A stretch of 64,000 nt of DNA from Clostridia bacterium (GTDB lineage: Bacteria; Bacillota; Clostridia; Oscillospirales; SIG627): the NCBI GenBank assembly GCA_017414535.1, contig JAFQMA010000045.1:3054-67053 (forward strand), in the 5' to 3' direction. Positions 35,779-43,915 of the stretch are shown piece after piece. The notes beneath the pieces are model-generated. The model searched no databases, was not told where the DNA came from, and saw only the letters and a list, made by a program, of their open reading frames with translations. The position numbers and the translations under genes were made by a program. Positions within the stretch are counted from its first letter, which is position 1, and the number at the start of each line of letters is the position of its first letter.

Positions 35779-38700
35779 ATGCTGAAAAACAAGAATCTAT
35801 TGAAAGGGATCACCGCGCTCGTGGCATTCGTGCTGGTGCTTGGCGTTGGCGTACTGCTGCATTCCGTGGCCGCCTCTGACAACCTTATTCTTTACGTTTC
35901 CACTTATGGTGATAACTCAAACGGAAAGGACGAAGCAACGGCCTTTAAGACCTTGAAGGATGCTACCATTGCCCTTCGGGATATGAAGCTTTCTCCCTCC
36001 ACCGAGGTCACGATCATCGTCGTCGATAAGTGTTATACCAGAGACGGTGAAACGGATGCGGGTCAGGAGATGGACGGCGTTCGCGTGTTTGATTCCAAGG
36101 GCAATAAGAAGCTTATTACCGTTACCTCCCTTAATACGGATTCCAAGGAGAATTTCTCTGAGATCCATCTGAACTATCTGCCCGATCCCTATCATTACGA
36201 CAATCAGAATGTTCGCGTGGTGAACGATATCATCTTCAAGGATATTGATATCGTATCCGAGGTTGCCAACGTTCAGGTCAGTGACAGCAAGGGCGCCGAT
36301 ACTCAGTACTGGGCTCAGAAGCGCTTCTTCATGCAGAATGCCAAGGTTACCTTCGACAACGTTGACCTCACCTTCAGTGACACCAATAAGTGTCAGGATT
36401 TTGCGTGGATCTACACGGATTTTTATCACCCCGCTACCAAGGACAAAATGAACAACTCCGCCACCTACGACGGAGAGATCTCTCTTACCCTTATTGACTG
36501 CGATTTCGGCAATATCGCCGTAGCCGGTGCAGTCAAGTATGATATTCCCAATGCCAATTTAAAATACACCTTCATCAATTCCACCATCGGCACCTTCCAC
36601 GGTACCCGAAACGACTGTAATACCATTACCGTTGATGCCAAGGATTCCCATTTTTACAACGAGTTTAACATCTGCGGTGTCATGGATAAGACCGATCTCG
36701 GCCGTACTATCCATTCCGATGTTTACGGTATGATGGACGGATGCACCATGGACATGAACATCTTCCTCGTCGGTGCCAACATCGGCGGTAACGCCACTTT
36801 TGATTTTAACAATTCCAACGTTTCCGGCAACTTCATCGTTGCCCGTAATGGCTATAAGGCCAACGTTCAGGGGAACGTCACCGTTAATGTCGACTCCTCT
36901 TATTTTAAGGGCAATATCCGTGGTGTGCAGGGCACCTTCCACAAGGATGTTATCTATAACATCAAGGGCTCTACTCACGTGGACGGACGTTTCCAGGGTA
37001 CCTACGATAACGGCGAAGCCTCCCACATTTACGGAAAGCTCATCAACACCGTTTACAGCGGCCGAGTCGATAATTTCTTCGGCATGGGAGGCGGACCCAA
37101 TGACGTGCGCGTAGAGGGCGGTGTTTACAACTACTTCTACGGCGGGGATTTCTCCAATGGCGCTGCTATGGCGACCTCCGGCGGTGCGTACGGTACCAAT
37201 ACTTATGATTCCGCCGTTTACGCCGATATCACCAACGTGATCAAGAACGGCCCCGACGGCAACGGCCCCGCACCCATATTCGGTGACAAGACAGGCTCAC
37301 AGGCCCGCGGTGCTTTCGCTGGCGGTAACCAGTATCCCGGCACCCTTGAGGGCGATATTACCAACTACTTCTACGGCGGTGAGTATAGGTATTCCTCCTA
37401 TTCCTCCGGTCTTGTTTACGGCGGATGCTTCAACGCTACCCACACCGGTAACATTTATAACTACTGGGGTGAGAATTTTACCACCGATTATGGTGTCTTC
37501 GGAGGCACCTACGGTGGCGGAATTACCTACGGCGATATTCATAATACCTACGAGGGCGGTGTCTTCAAGGGAGGTGTTACCGGCGGTACCGGCAACGGTC
37601 ACCATTACGGCAGTATCTACAACACCGTCAATGCAGGCACCTTCGACAGCACCTTTAACGGCGGCCACCAGAACAACTATATGCTGGACGGCAGCGTGAC
37701 TACTGAGGTCAACGGCGGCACCTTCAACGATTTGTTCATGAACGGAACCCTCGGCGATTCCAAGAAACGCTACGGCGAGATCACCGGTGACCTGAATCTC
37801 ACTGTTAACGGCGGCACCTTTAATAAGGATTTCCGTTTGATCACCTCCGGTGGCACCTACGGCGGTGACGCCAACTTCACCATGACCGGCGGTACCATTG
37901 GCTACAATGAGGCAAACCTGTATCTTGTCGGTGATTCCGATAAGGTCAACCTCAAGGGCGATATCAACGTCCTCATCACCGGCGGTACCATCGACCGTGC
38001 CAGCTACGCTCTATATCCCGGCGGCCACAGCTGTCAGGTAGAAGGCAAGTCTACCGTGAGGATTACGGACGGCACCCTCAACTGTATGGTCTTCACCGCA
38101 CAGGTTAAGGCCCCCGGCGTCATTAAGGGCGGTGTCGAGCTGGATATTTCCGGCGGTACCTTTACCAAGGCTGTCAGTGGTGGTGGCTACCGCGGCGAGA
38201 TCCAAGGCAACACCGTAACCAAGATCAGTGGTGGTACCTTCAGCAACATTGTTTACGGTGGCTCCATGACTGAGCTTGTGGTCCACAACGGTAACCACAC
38301 CACCTCCATCAGCGGCGGCACCTTCAATAAGGCTGTTTTTCTCGGTCACGAGCAGCAGGACGCAAGCTATAACGGTACTCTGAATGCCTCCGTGACGGGC
38401 GGTACCTTCAAGGACGTTGTGAAGGGCGGTGGTGCTTACAGGTCCGCAGAGATCCTCTTTGCACCCAAGGATGGCAACATCACCTTTAACAATAGCAATC
38501 CCTTCAGCGCCAAGGTGGCGGCCGATACCCATGTTCTGGCAGGCGGCGAGCACTTCATTTGCCTGCGCAGCAATACGAAGCTTGCCTTCGACGATTTTGA
38601 AGGTAACGAGTCTGTGAAGTTTATGCAGCTTGTCAATTGGTCCGACGGCCATACCTACGTTACCGTAGCAAAGAACGCTCCTACCGATGCATTCGTGGCT

Positions 38701-39636
38701 CTCAACGATAAGGAGTCCGTTGTGGGCACTGCAACGCAGGTGGCGGACGGCGTCCGGATGAAGCTGGTAGGCGGCACGGGAAGCGGAGTTATCGTTCCCA
38801 CTCTTGAGTCCTATGCCCTGTCCGTTGACAATGACCTTTCCGCTCTCTTCTTTGTATCCAAGACCCGTCTTGAGGAATACGTCGGTGCCGGCAACAACTG
38901 GACCTGCACCGTGAAGAGCGGTGACAAGGTCAAGGCCGTGACCTTTGAAAGCGTTTCCGATCTTTCCTCCGTTGCGGATGAATACGTGGTCATTACCTTG
39001 ACCGATATTCTGGCCACCGATTACGACCGCGCCATCACCGTGACGATCTCCGGTAGAGAGCCTCTCGAATTTACGGTTTACGATCTGATCGAGGACGGCA
39101 TTGACAATGCCAACACTGCAGAGCTTGAGGACTTCCTGAAGGCCTTGCATAACTACGGTGTGGAATCTGAGAATTACTTCGTCAAGGGTAAGCTTTCCTT
39201 GAAGTATCCCGAGATCGCTTATACCGATTCCTACACGGCAACGCCTGTTCTGTCCGAGAGTACAGGCTATCGCTTCTACGGCTCCAGCTTGGCCATGGAT
39301 CAGAAGATCGCCCTCAACCTCTATCTGAAGACCCCCTTTGCCGAGGGACTGACCGCGAAGGTCTTCGTGGGCGGTACGGAATATACCGGTGCAAAGGTCA
39401 TCGCGAAGCCCCTTTCCGGCTACGATGCCTTTAACTACGGTGTATCTCTGAGCGTGCCCTTCACCGATATGGACGAGACCTTTACCGTTCGCATCTATGA
39501 GGGGGAGGCAGAGGTTGCTTCCTATACCGGCTCCGTTGCCAATGTCTGCGCCGCTTACGTGGATGCAAACGCTGACTGCAAGGATCTGGCAGAGGCTGTG
39601 CTGACGCTCTTTGAAACGGCAAAGGCCGCCTTTTAA
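35779..39636 (+). CDS. Very large GGTF-repeat beta-helix-like protein (paralog 2)
   Basis: GGAGG RBS. The first 100 aa differ from paralog 1 at only 7 positions (my count). The core repeats are VNGGTFNDLF, VNGGTFNKDF, MTGGTIGYNE, ITGGTIDRAS, ISGGTFTKAV, ISGGTFSNIV, ISGGTFNKAV and VTGGTFKDVV. The C-terminal ~330 aa are again clearly homologous to paralog 1. Confidence 0.85.
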   Translation: MLKNKNLLKGITALVAFVLVLGVGVLLHSVAASDNLILYVSTYGDNSNGKDEATAFKTLKDATIALRDMKLSPSTEVTIIVVDKCYTRDGETDAGQEMDGVRVFDSKGNKKLITVTSLNTDSKENFSEIHLNYLPDPYHYDNQNVRVVNDIIFKDIDIVSEVANVQVSDSKGADTQYWAQKRFFMQNAKVTFDNVDLTFSDTNKCQDFAWIYTDFYHPATKDKMNNSATYDGEISLTLIDCDFGNIAVAGAVKYDIPNANLKYTFINSTIGTFHGTRNDCNTITVDAKDSHFYNEFNICGVMDKTDLGRTIHSDVYGMMDGCTMDMNIFLVGANIGGNATFDFNNSNVSGNFIVARNGYKANVQGNVTVNVDSSYFKGNIRGVQGTFHKDVIYNIKGSTHVDGRFQGTYDNGEASHIYGKLINTVYSGRVDNFFGMGGGPNDVRVEGGVYNYFYGGDFSNGAAMATSGGAYGTNTYDSAVYADITNVIKNGPDGNGPAPIFGDKTGSQARGAFAGGNQYPGTLEGDITNYFYGGEYRYSSYSSGLVYGGCFNATHTGNIYNYWGENFTTDYGVFGGTYGGGITYGDIHNTYEGGVFKGGVTGGTGNGHHYGSIYNTVNAGTFDSTFNGGHQNNYMLDGSVTTEVNGGTFNDLFMNGTLGDSKKRYGEITGDLNLTVNGGTFNKDFRLITSGGTYGGDANFTMTGGTIGYNEANLYLVGDSDKVNLKGDINVLITGGTIDRASYALYPGGHSCQVEGKSTVRITDGTLNCMVFTAQVKAPGVIKGGVELDISGGTFTKAVSGGGYRGEIQGNTVTKISGGTFSNIVYGGSMTELVVHNGNHTTSISGGTFNKAVFLGHEQQDASYNGTLNASVTGGTFKDVVKGGGAYRSAEILFAPKDGNITFNNSNPFSAKVAADTHVLAGGEHFICLRSNTKLAFDDFEGNESVKFMQLVNWSDGHTYVTVAKNAPTDAFVALNDKESVVGTATQVADGVRMKLVGGTGSGVIVPTLESYALSVDNDLSALFFVSKTRLEEYVGAGNNWTCTVKSGDKVKAVTFESVSDLSSVADEYVVITLTDILATDYDRAITVTISGREPLEFTVYDLIEDGIDNANTAELEDFLKALHNYGVESENYFVKGKLSLKYPEIAYTDSYTATPVLSESTGYRFYGSSLAMDQKIALNLYLKTPFAEGLTAKVFVGGTEYTGAKVIAKPLSGYDAFNYGVSLSVPFTDMDETFTVRIYEGEAEVASYTGSVANVCAAYVDANADCKDLAEAVLTLFETAKAAF

Positions 39637-39643
39637 GTAAATA

Positions 39644-39675
39644 AAAACGAGGATCTTCAGATCCTCGTTTTTTTA
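39644..39675 (+). terminator. Rho-independent terminator of paralog 2 (near-identical to 35584-35617)
   Basis: AAAAACGAGGATC-TTCA-GATCCTCGTTTTTTT. Confidence 0.8.
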
Positions 39676-39728
39676 TCTTTTCTTTTTGCGCAATCTGTGC
39701 TACAATAGGGAAAATAGGAGGAAAAAGC

Positions 39729-39917
39729 ATGGTTTTTGAAGTGATTCGGGGCAAAACGCCTATGGGCGGAGATTATCGAGAGATCTATTATTTTACCCGC
39801 GACATGATTCCCACGGAAAAGGAACTTGCCACCCGTGCCATCGTGAGGGAATGTAAGGAGGACGGCACCCTCGTCGGGGAGTCTGTTCTCGTTCTGCAAA
39901 AGGGAGAGGAGAAGTGA
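39729..39917 (+). CDS. 62-aa protein of unknown function, translationally coupled to the CotH gene
   Basis: AGGAGG RBS 7 nt upstream. An extended -10 (TGcTACAAT) lies about 30 nt upstream. Its stop overlaps the GTG start of the next gene (GTGA). Confidence 0.5.
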   Translation: MVFEVIRGKTPMGGDYREIYYFTRDMIPTEKELATRAIVRECKEDGTLVGESVLVLQKGEEK

Positions 39918-42460
39918 AGCCCCTTTCCTCACGTCGTCTGCTGATCTCACTTTCTCTGCTTTTTGCCTTCTTCATTCTTGCCTTGAGCCTCTTTTTCTTC
40001 TTTTTGGGAAAGGGCGCCTACGGCGGCGTTTTTTCTCCCGATACCATAGATTTTTCCCTTTCTCTGAACGGACAGACCGTCCTTTCTCCCGAAAGCGGCG
40101 TCTTACTTCCCGCAGGGGATCATCGGCTGACCCTTACCGTAGAGGAGCCGTCCCCCCTTTTTGTCTACCTTCTGTGCGACGGCAAGCCCTTGTACGAGGG
40201 CGAGCTGTATGAAAAGGAGACCGTTCTTTCGGCTTCATTGGAGAAGGAAAGCCGTCTTTCCGTTCTCTTTATGAAGGAAGCCGAGGCCAAGGCCTATCTT
40301 TCTACCTCCTCGGATCTTGCCTTTTCTCTGAAAAAAATGCGGGTCGGCGGGGATCTTACTTTCCTTGAGGATCTAGGCTCCGCTCCTCTTTCTTTACAGG
40401 CGCCCTTCCGTCTGTTCGGCATCTATTCCTTCGAGGAAATCACCGTGGAAACGGCTCTGTCCGCTCCCATCGTCCTCTGTCCCTCTGTGCCCGCCTCAGG
40501 CGCTCTCTATGTGAATGCTCCTGCGGCAATGGTCTATTATCGCAATTTCACCCCTTCCTTTACGAAGACCACCCGCGATCTTTATTTAAAGGCAGCAGGC
40601 TGCAACGGCGATGCCTTGGATCCTCTCTACTATCCCGTATCAAGCCTTGCGGAGCTGGAACGCCTGGCCGATCCCGCAGCTCTGCCCCGTCTGCAGGAAA
40701 ATGGCTCCATTTGCTTTCTTGCCCCCGTTTCCTTGCAGAAAAGCCTTTCCTTCACTTGCCATGCAAATCTTTCCTTCTTGGCTCAGCCCTCCTTTGGGGC
40801 GCATGCCCTTATTTTTTCTACCCCAACGGAAGGGGAATTCAGCGTTACGGTAGACGGGGGGATCTCCGTGCCTCAATGCGCCCTACGCTTTGATGCTCCC
40901 CGTTCAGGCCTTACTTGGAGTGCTTCGGCACTTAGCGGTCTTTCTACCGCCCCTGTCGCCTTGACCGTGGAAAAATACAATAACCTTGCCTTTTATAACG
41001 GCTCGGAGCTGGCGTTGGGCGGTGAAGGCAAGGCCGTTCCCACTCTTGCCTTTTACAAGACCTATCATCCTTCCCTTGAGGAGGATATCGTCTTTACGGC
41101 AGAGGGCAATCTCCTCACCGCCGCATTGCCTTTTTCCATGACCTTGAAGGATCTGGAGGGGCTTTCTCATACTCTTGTTTCCGATGGGGGCACCTGCCAC
41201 TTGGTGGGAACGCTGTCCGACGGCTACGTGCTTACCGTGGATGAAAACGGTTTGGAACATCGATACGGCATTGCTGCTCGCCGCGAGGCTAAGGGCATTC
41301 CCGTGGTATATCTTGAAACGGAAAACGGCGCGGCGATCGATTCCAAATCTCAGTACGTTTCCGCCACTATCATGCTGGATAGCGTCGATCCCGCTCTTTC
41401 CTCCCTGCAGGAGACCCATATCCGCATTCGCGGCCGCGGTAATTCTACGTGGAAGTGGGATAAAAAGCCCTATAAGATCCATTTTGATGAACCGGTCGCT
41501 CTCTTCGGCCTGCCCGCAGGAGAGGAGTGGGCGTTGTTTGCCAATTTTGCAGACAAGACACTCATGCGCAACCGCCTGGCGCAGATCATGTCGGAGGAGC
41601 TTTCCTTCGCCTACACCCCATCCCACGTTTATGTGGACGTTTTCCTCAACGGAGAATACCTTGGCATCTACGGACTCGGTGAGCATCTGGAGGAGGGGGA
41701 GGGCAGGGTAGAGGTGCCCCACGATCCCTCAGCGCTGGATTGCGGCTTCTTTATGGAGGCGGGCGGTGTCGTGGCAGGGGTTGACGTAAAAGGAATGAAT
41801 TATTTTCATACCGATCTTTTGAAATTCGTCCTTATCAAGGGCCCTGAATTCAATGCCCTGACCTCCGAGCAATTTTCCTATATCCGCGATTACGTACAAA
41901 AGGCCTGTGATGCCGTAGTGGCGGGGGATGGCTACGAGGAGTATATCGATATGGAGTCCTTCATTGATTGGCTCATTATGATCGAGCTTTCCAACAACGT
42001 GGACTGCGCCTATCGTCGCAGCACCTATATCACCAAGGCACCGGGCGGAAAGCTGGTTTTCGGTCCCATGTGGGATTTTGACCTTGCTTTCGGTAATTTT
42101 TCCAAGGATGAGCAGGCCTACAACGTGTGGGTCTCTACCTCGGAGGACGACTACGTAGGCACTACCTGGTCCACCTATCTTCTGGAGGATCCCGAATTCC
42201 GTGCCATGTTCAAACGGCGCTGGCTGGAGGTTCGGGACAGCCTTTTGGAGGCCGCCTTTGCCGAGATCGAAACGGGCTACGAAAAGCTTGCTCCCTCCGC
42301 CGAGGAGAACTTTATCCGCTGGGATATCTTGGGCAAAAAAGTCGCCTTCGAGCCCTTTTCCACCAAGTATTATCCTACCTTTGAATCCAACATCGAATAT
42401 CTGACCGAGTTTTTGGAGGATCGAGCCGCGTGGATCAGCGCTCAGGTCAAGGATTGGTAA
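39914..42460 (+). CDS. Membrane-anchored CotH (atypical kinase-fold) domain protein with a ~450-aa uncharacterised N-terminal region
   Basis: The GTG start follows GGAGAGGAG. There is an N-terminal transmembrane helix (LLISLSLLFAFFILALSLFFFFLG). The C-terminal half (IRIRGRGNSTWKWDKKPYKIHFD...GEEWALFANFADKTLMRNRLA...VDVFLNGEYLGIYGLGEH...FGPMWDFDLAFGN) is typical CotH. Confidence 0.85.
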   Translation: MKPLSSRRLLISLSLLFAFFILALSLFFFFLGKGAYGGVFSPDTIDFSLSLNGQTVLSPESGVLLPAGDHRLTLTVEEPSPLFVYLLCDGKPLYEGELYEKETVLSASLEKESRLSVLFMKEAEAKAYLSTSSDLAFSLKKMRVGGDLTFLEDLGSAPLSLQAPFRLFGIYSFEEITVETALSAPIVLCPSVPASGALYVNAPAAMVYYRNFTPSFTKTTRDLYLKAAGCNGDALDPLYYPVSSLAELERLADPAALPRLQENGSICFLAPVSLQKSLSFTCHANLSFLAQPSFGAHALIFSTPTEGEFSVTVDGGISVPQCALRFDAPRSGLTWSASALSGLSTAPVALTVEKYNNLAFYNGSELALGGEGKAVPTLAFYKTYHPSLEEDIVFTAEGNLLTAALPFSMTLKDLEGLSHTLVSDGGTCHLVGTLSDGYVLTVDENGLEHRYGIAARREAKGIPVVYLETENGAAIDSKSQYVSATIMLDSVDPALSSLQETHIRIRGRGNSTWKWDKKPYKIHFDEPVALFGLPAGEEWALFANFADKTLMRNRLAQIMSEELSFAYTPSHVYVDVFLNGEYLGIYGLGEHLEEGEGRVEVPHDPSALDCGFFMEAGGVVAGVDVKGMNYFHTDLLKFVLIKGPEFNALTSEQFSYIRDYVQKACDAVVAGDGYEEYIDMESFIDWLIMIELSNNVDCAYRRSTYITKAPGGKLVFGPMWDFDLAFGNFSKDEQAYNVWVSTSEDDYVGTTWSTYLLEDPEFRAMFKRRWLEVRDSLLEAAFAEIETGYEKLAPSAEENFIRWDILGKKVAFEPFSTKYYPTFESNIEYLTEFLEDRAAWISAQVKDW

Positions 42461-42499
42461 AAAAGAAATTCCCGCCTTTTCGACGGGAATTTCTTTTTT
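42461..42499. terminator. Bidirectional terminator (CotH gene / nth)
   Basis: AGAAATTCCCG-(9-nt loop)-CGGGAATTTCT flanked by A- and T-runs. Confidence 0.75.
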
Positions 42500-43157
42500 A
42501 TTCCGCTATATTCTTCATGGGACAGTTTTCACAACTCGGATTTTGCGCGCGGCAGTATTCTCTTCCCAAAAGGATGATGCGATGGCAGAAATCGCTTTGC
42601 TCCTTTTTGGGAATAATCTTCTCTAAGGCTCGCGTGACCTTGGAAGGGTCTGTTTCTCTTGTAAGACCCAGCCTTCCCGCCAAGCGGATACAGTGGGTAT
42701 CTGCCACGATGTGGGGGTCTCCGAATACGTCACCCAACATAAGATTGGCGATCTTTTCGCCCACACCCGGCAGAGAAAGGAGAGTTTCCTTGTCTTGCGG
42801 CACCTCTCCTCCAAAGTGCTCCGTCAAGATCCTTGCCGTATCTCGGATGCTCTTGGCTTTCGTGCGGTAAAGACCGCAGGGACGTACTGCCTCTTCCAGC
42901 TCCTCGAGACGGCTGCTTGCAAAGGCTTCTACGTCGGGATATTTCTCAAACAAAGGACGGCTCACTTCGTTGACCCGTTTGTCCGTACACTGAGCGGAAA
43001 GCCTTGCCATGACTAAAAGTCGCCAGGGATCGCCTCCGAATTCCAGAGCACACTGCGCCTCGGGATAAAGATCCTTCAGCTTTGCGTGGATCTTATCGGC
43101 ACGTTTTTTCTTGCTTTTTTCCCCCATGAAGGGAGAAGGACAGCGTAGCTTTTTCAT
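42498..43157 (-). CDS. nth: Endonuclease III (HhH-GPD base-excision glycosylase)
   Basis: ATG 43157 follows AAAGGAG. LPGVGEKIANLMLGD is the HhH motif, followed by VADTHCIRL. The C-terminal Cys cluster CRAQNPSCENC has only 3 of the usual 4 Cys. Confidence 0.85.
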   Translation of the reverse strand: MKKLRCPSPFMGEKSKKKRADKIHAKLKDLYPEAQCALEFGGDPWRLLVMARLSAQCTDKRVNEVSRPLFEKYPDVEAFASSRLEELEEAVRPCGLYRTKAKSIRDTARILTEHFGGEVPQDKETLLSLPGVGEKIANLMLGDVFGDPHIVADTHCIRLAGRLGLTRETDPSKVTRALEKIIPKKEQSDFCHRIILLGREYCRAQNPSCENCPMKNIAE

Positions 43158-43319
43158 GGCGATCTCCTTTATTTTTATGTTTCTTTTATTGTAGCAGGCG
43201 CCCGTGCATTCGTCAAGAGTCGGGGAAAGTGCTTTCTTTCCTCTTTTTTTGGCGAAACCCTTGTATTTTTTTGCCATTTAGGTTAAAATAGGAATGATCA
43301 TATTATGTAGAGGTATGCC

Positions 43320-43877
43320 ATGAATCAGATCGTAGCTTTAGTCGGTATGTGCGGAAGCGGAAAAAGCGTATGCTGTGAAGAGTTCCGTGACGCAGGCTGG
43401 GAATACGTTTATTTCGGCGGTGTTACCATGCAGGAGCTGGAAAAGCGCGGACTTCCCCGCAACGAGCAAAATGAGCGCGCCGTGCGCGAGGAGCTTCGCG
43501 CTACTTACGGTCCCGCTGCCTTTGCCATCCTTTTGCTCCCTCAGATTGAAGAAAAACTGAAGGTCTCCAACGTTTGTTTGGACGGCCTTTATTCCTGGTC
43601 GGAATGGAAGGTGCTGAAGGAAGCCTTCGGCGACCGCCTTTCCGTGGTGGCCATCGTGGCAGATCGCAAGCTCCGTTACAGTCGCATCGGCCGTCGCATC
43701 GTGCGTCCCCTCACACCCGAGCAGGCAGAGAGCCGCGACGTGGCTGAAATCGAGAATATGGAGAAGGGCGGCCCCATTGCCATGGCTGACGTATTTTTGA
43801 TGAACGGCAATGATATCGATTCCTTCCGTGCTGATACCCGTTCCCTGATCGCCCGTGCTGAGGCGGGTGATCTTTGA
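43320..43877 (+). CDS. P-loop nucleotide/nucleoside-kinase-like protein (dephospho-CoA kinase / UPF0200-like)
   Basis: Walker A motif VGMCGSGKS and a small alpha/beta protein size. The specific substrate cannot be assigned. Confidence 0.5.
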   Translation: MNQIVALVGMCGSGKSVCCEEFRDAGWEYVYFGGVTMQELEKRGLPRNEQNERAVREELRATYGPAAFAILLLPQIEEKLKVSNVCLDGLYSWSEWKVLKEAFGDRLSVVAIVADRKLRYSRIGRRIVRPLTPEQAESRDVAEIENMEKGGPIAMADVFLMNGNDIDSFRADTRSLIARAEAGDL

Positions 43878-43915
43878 TCGCTTTTACACCCGTTTGGATG
43901 AAAAGAGGATAAAGA

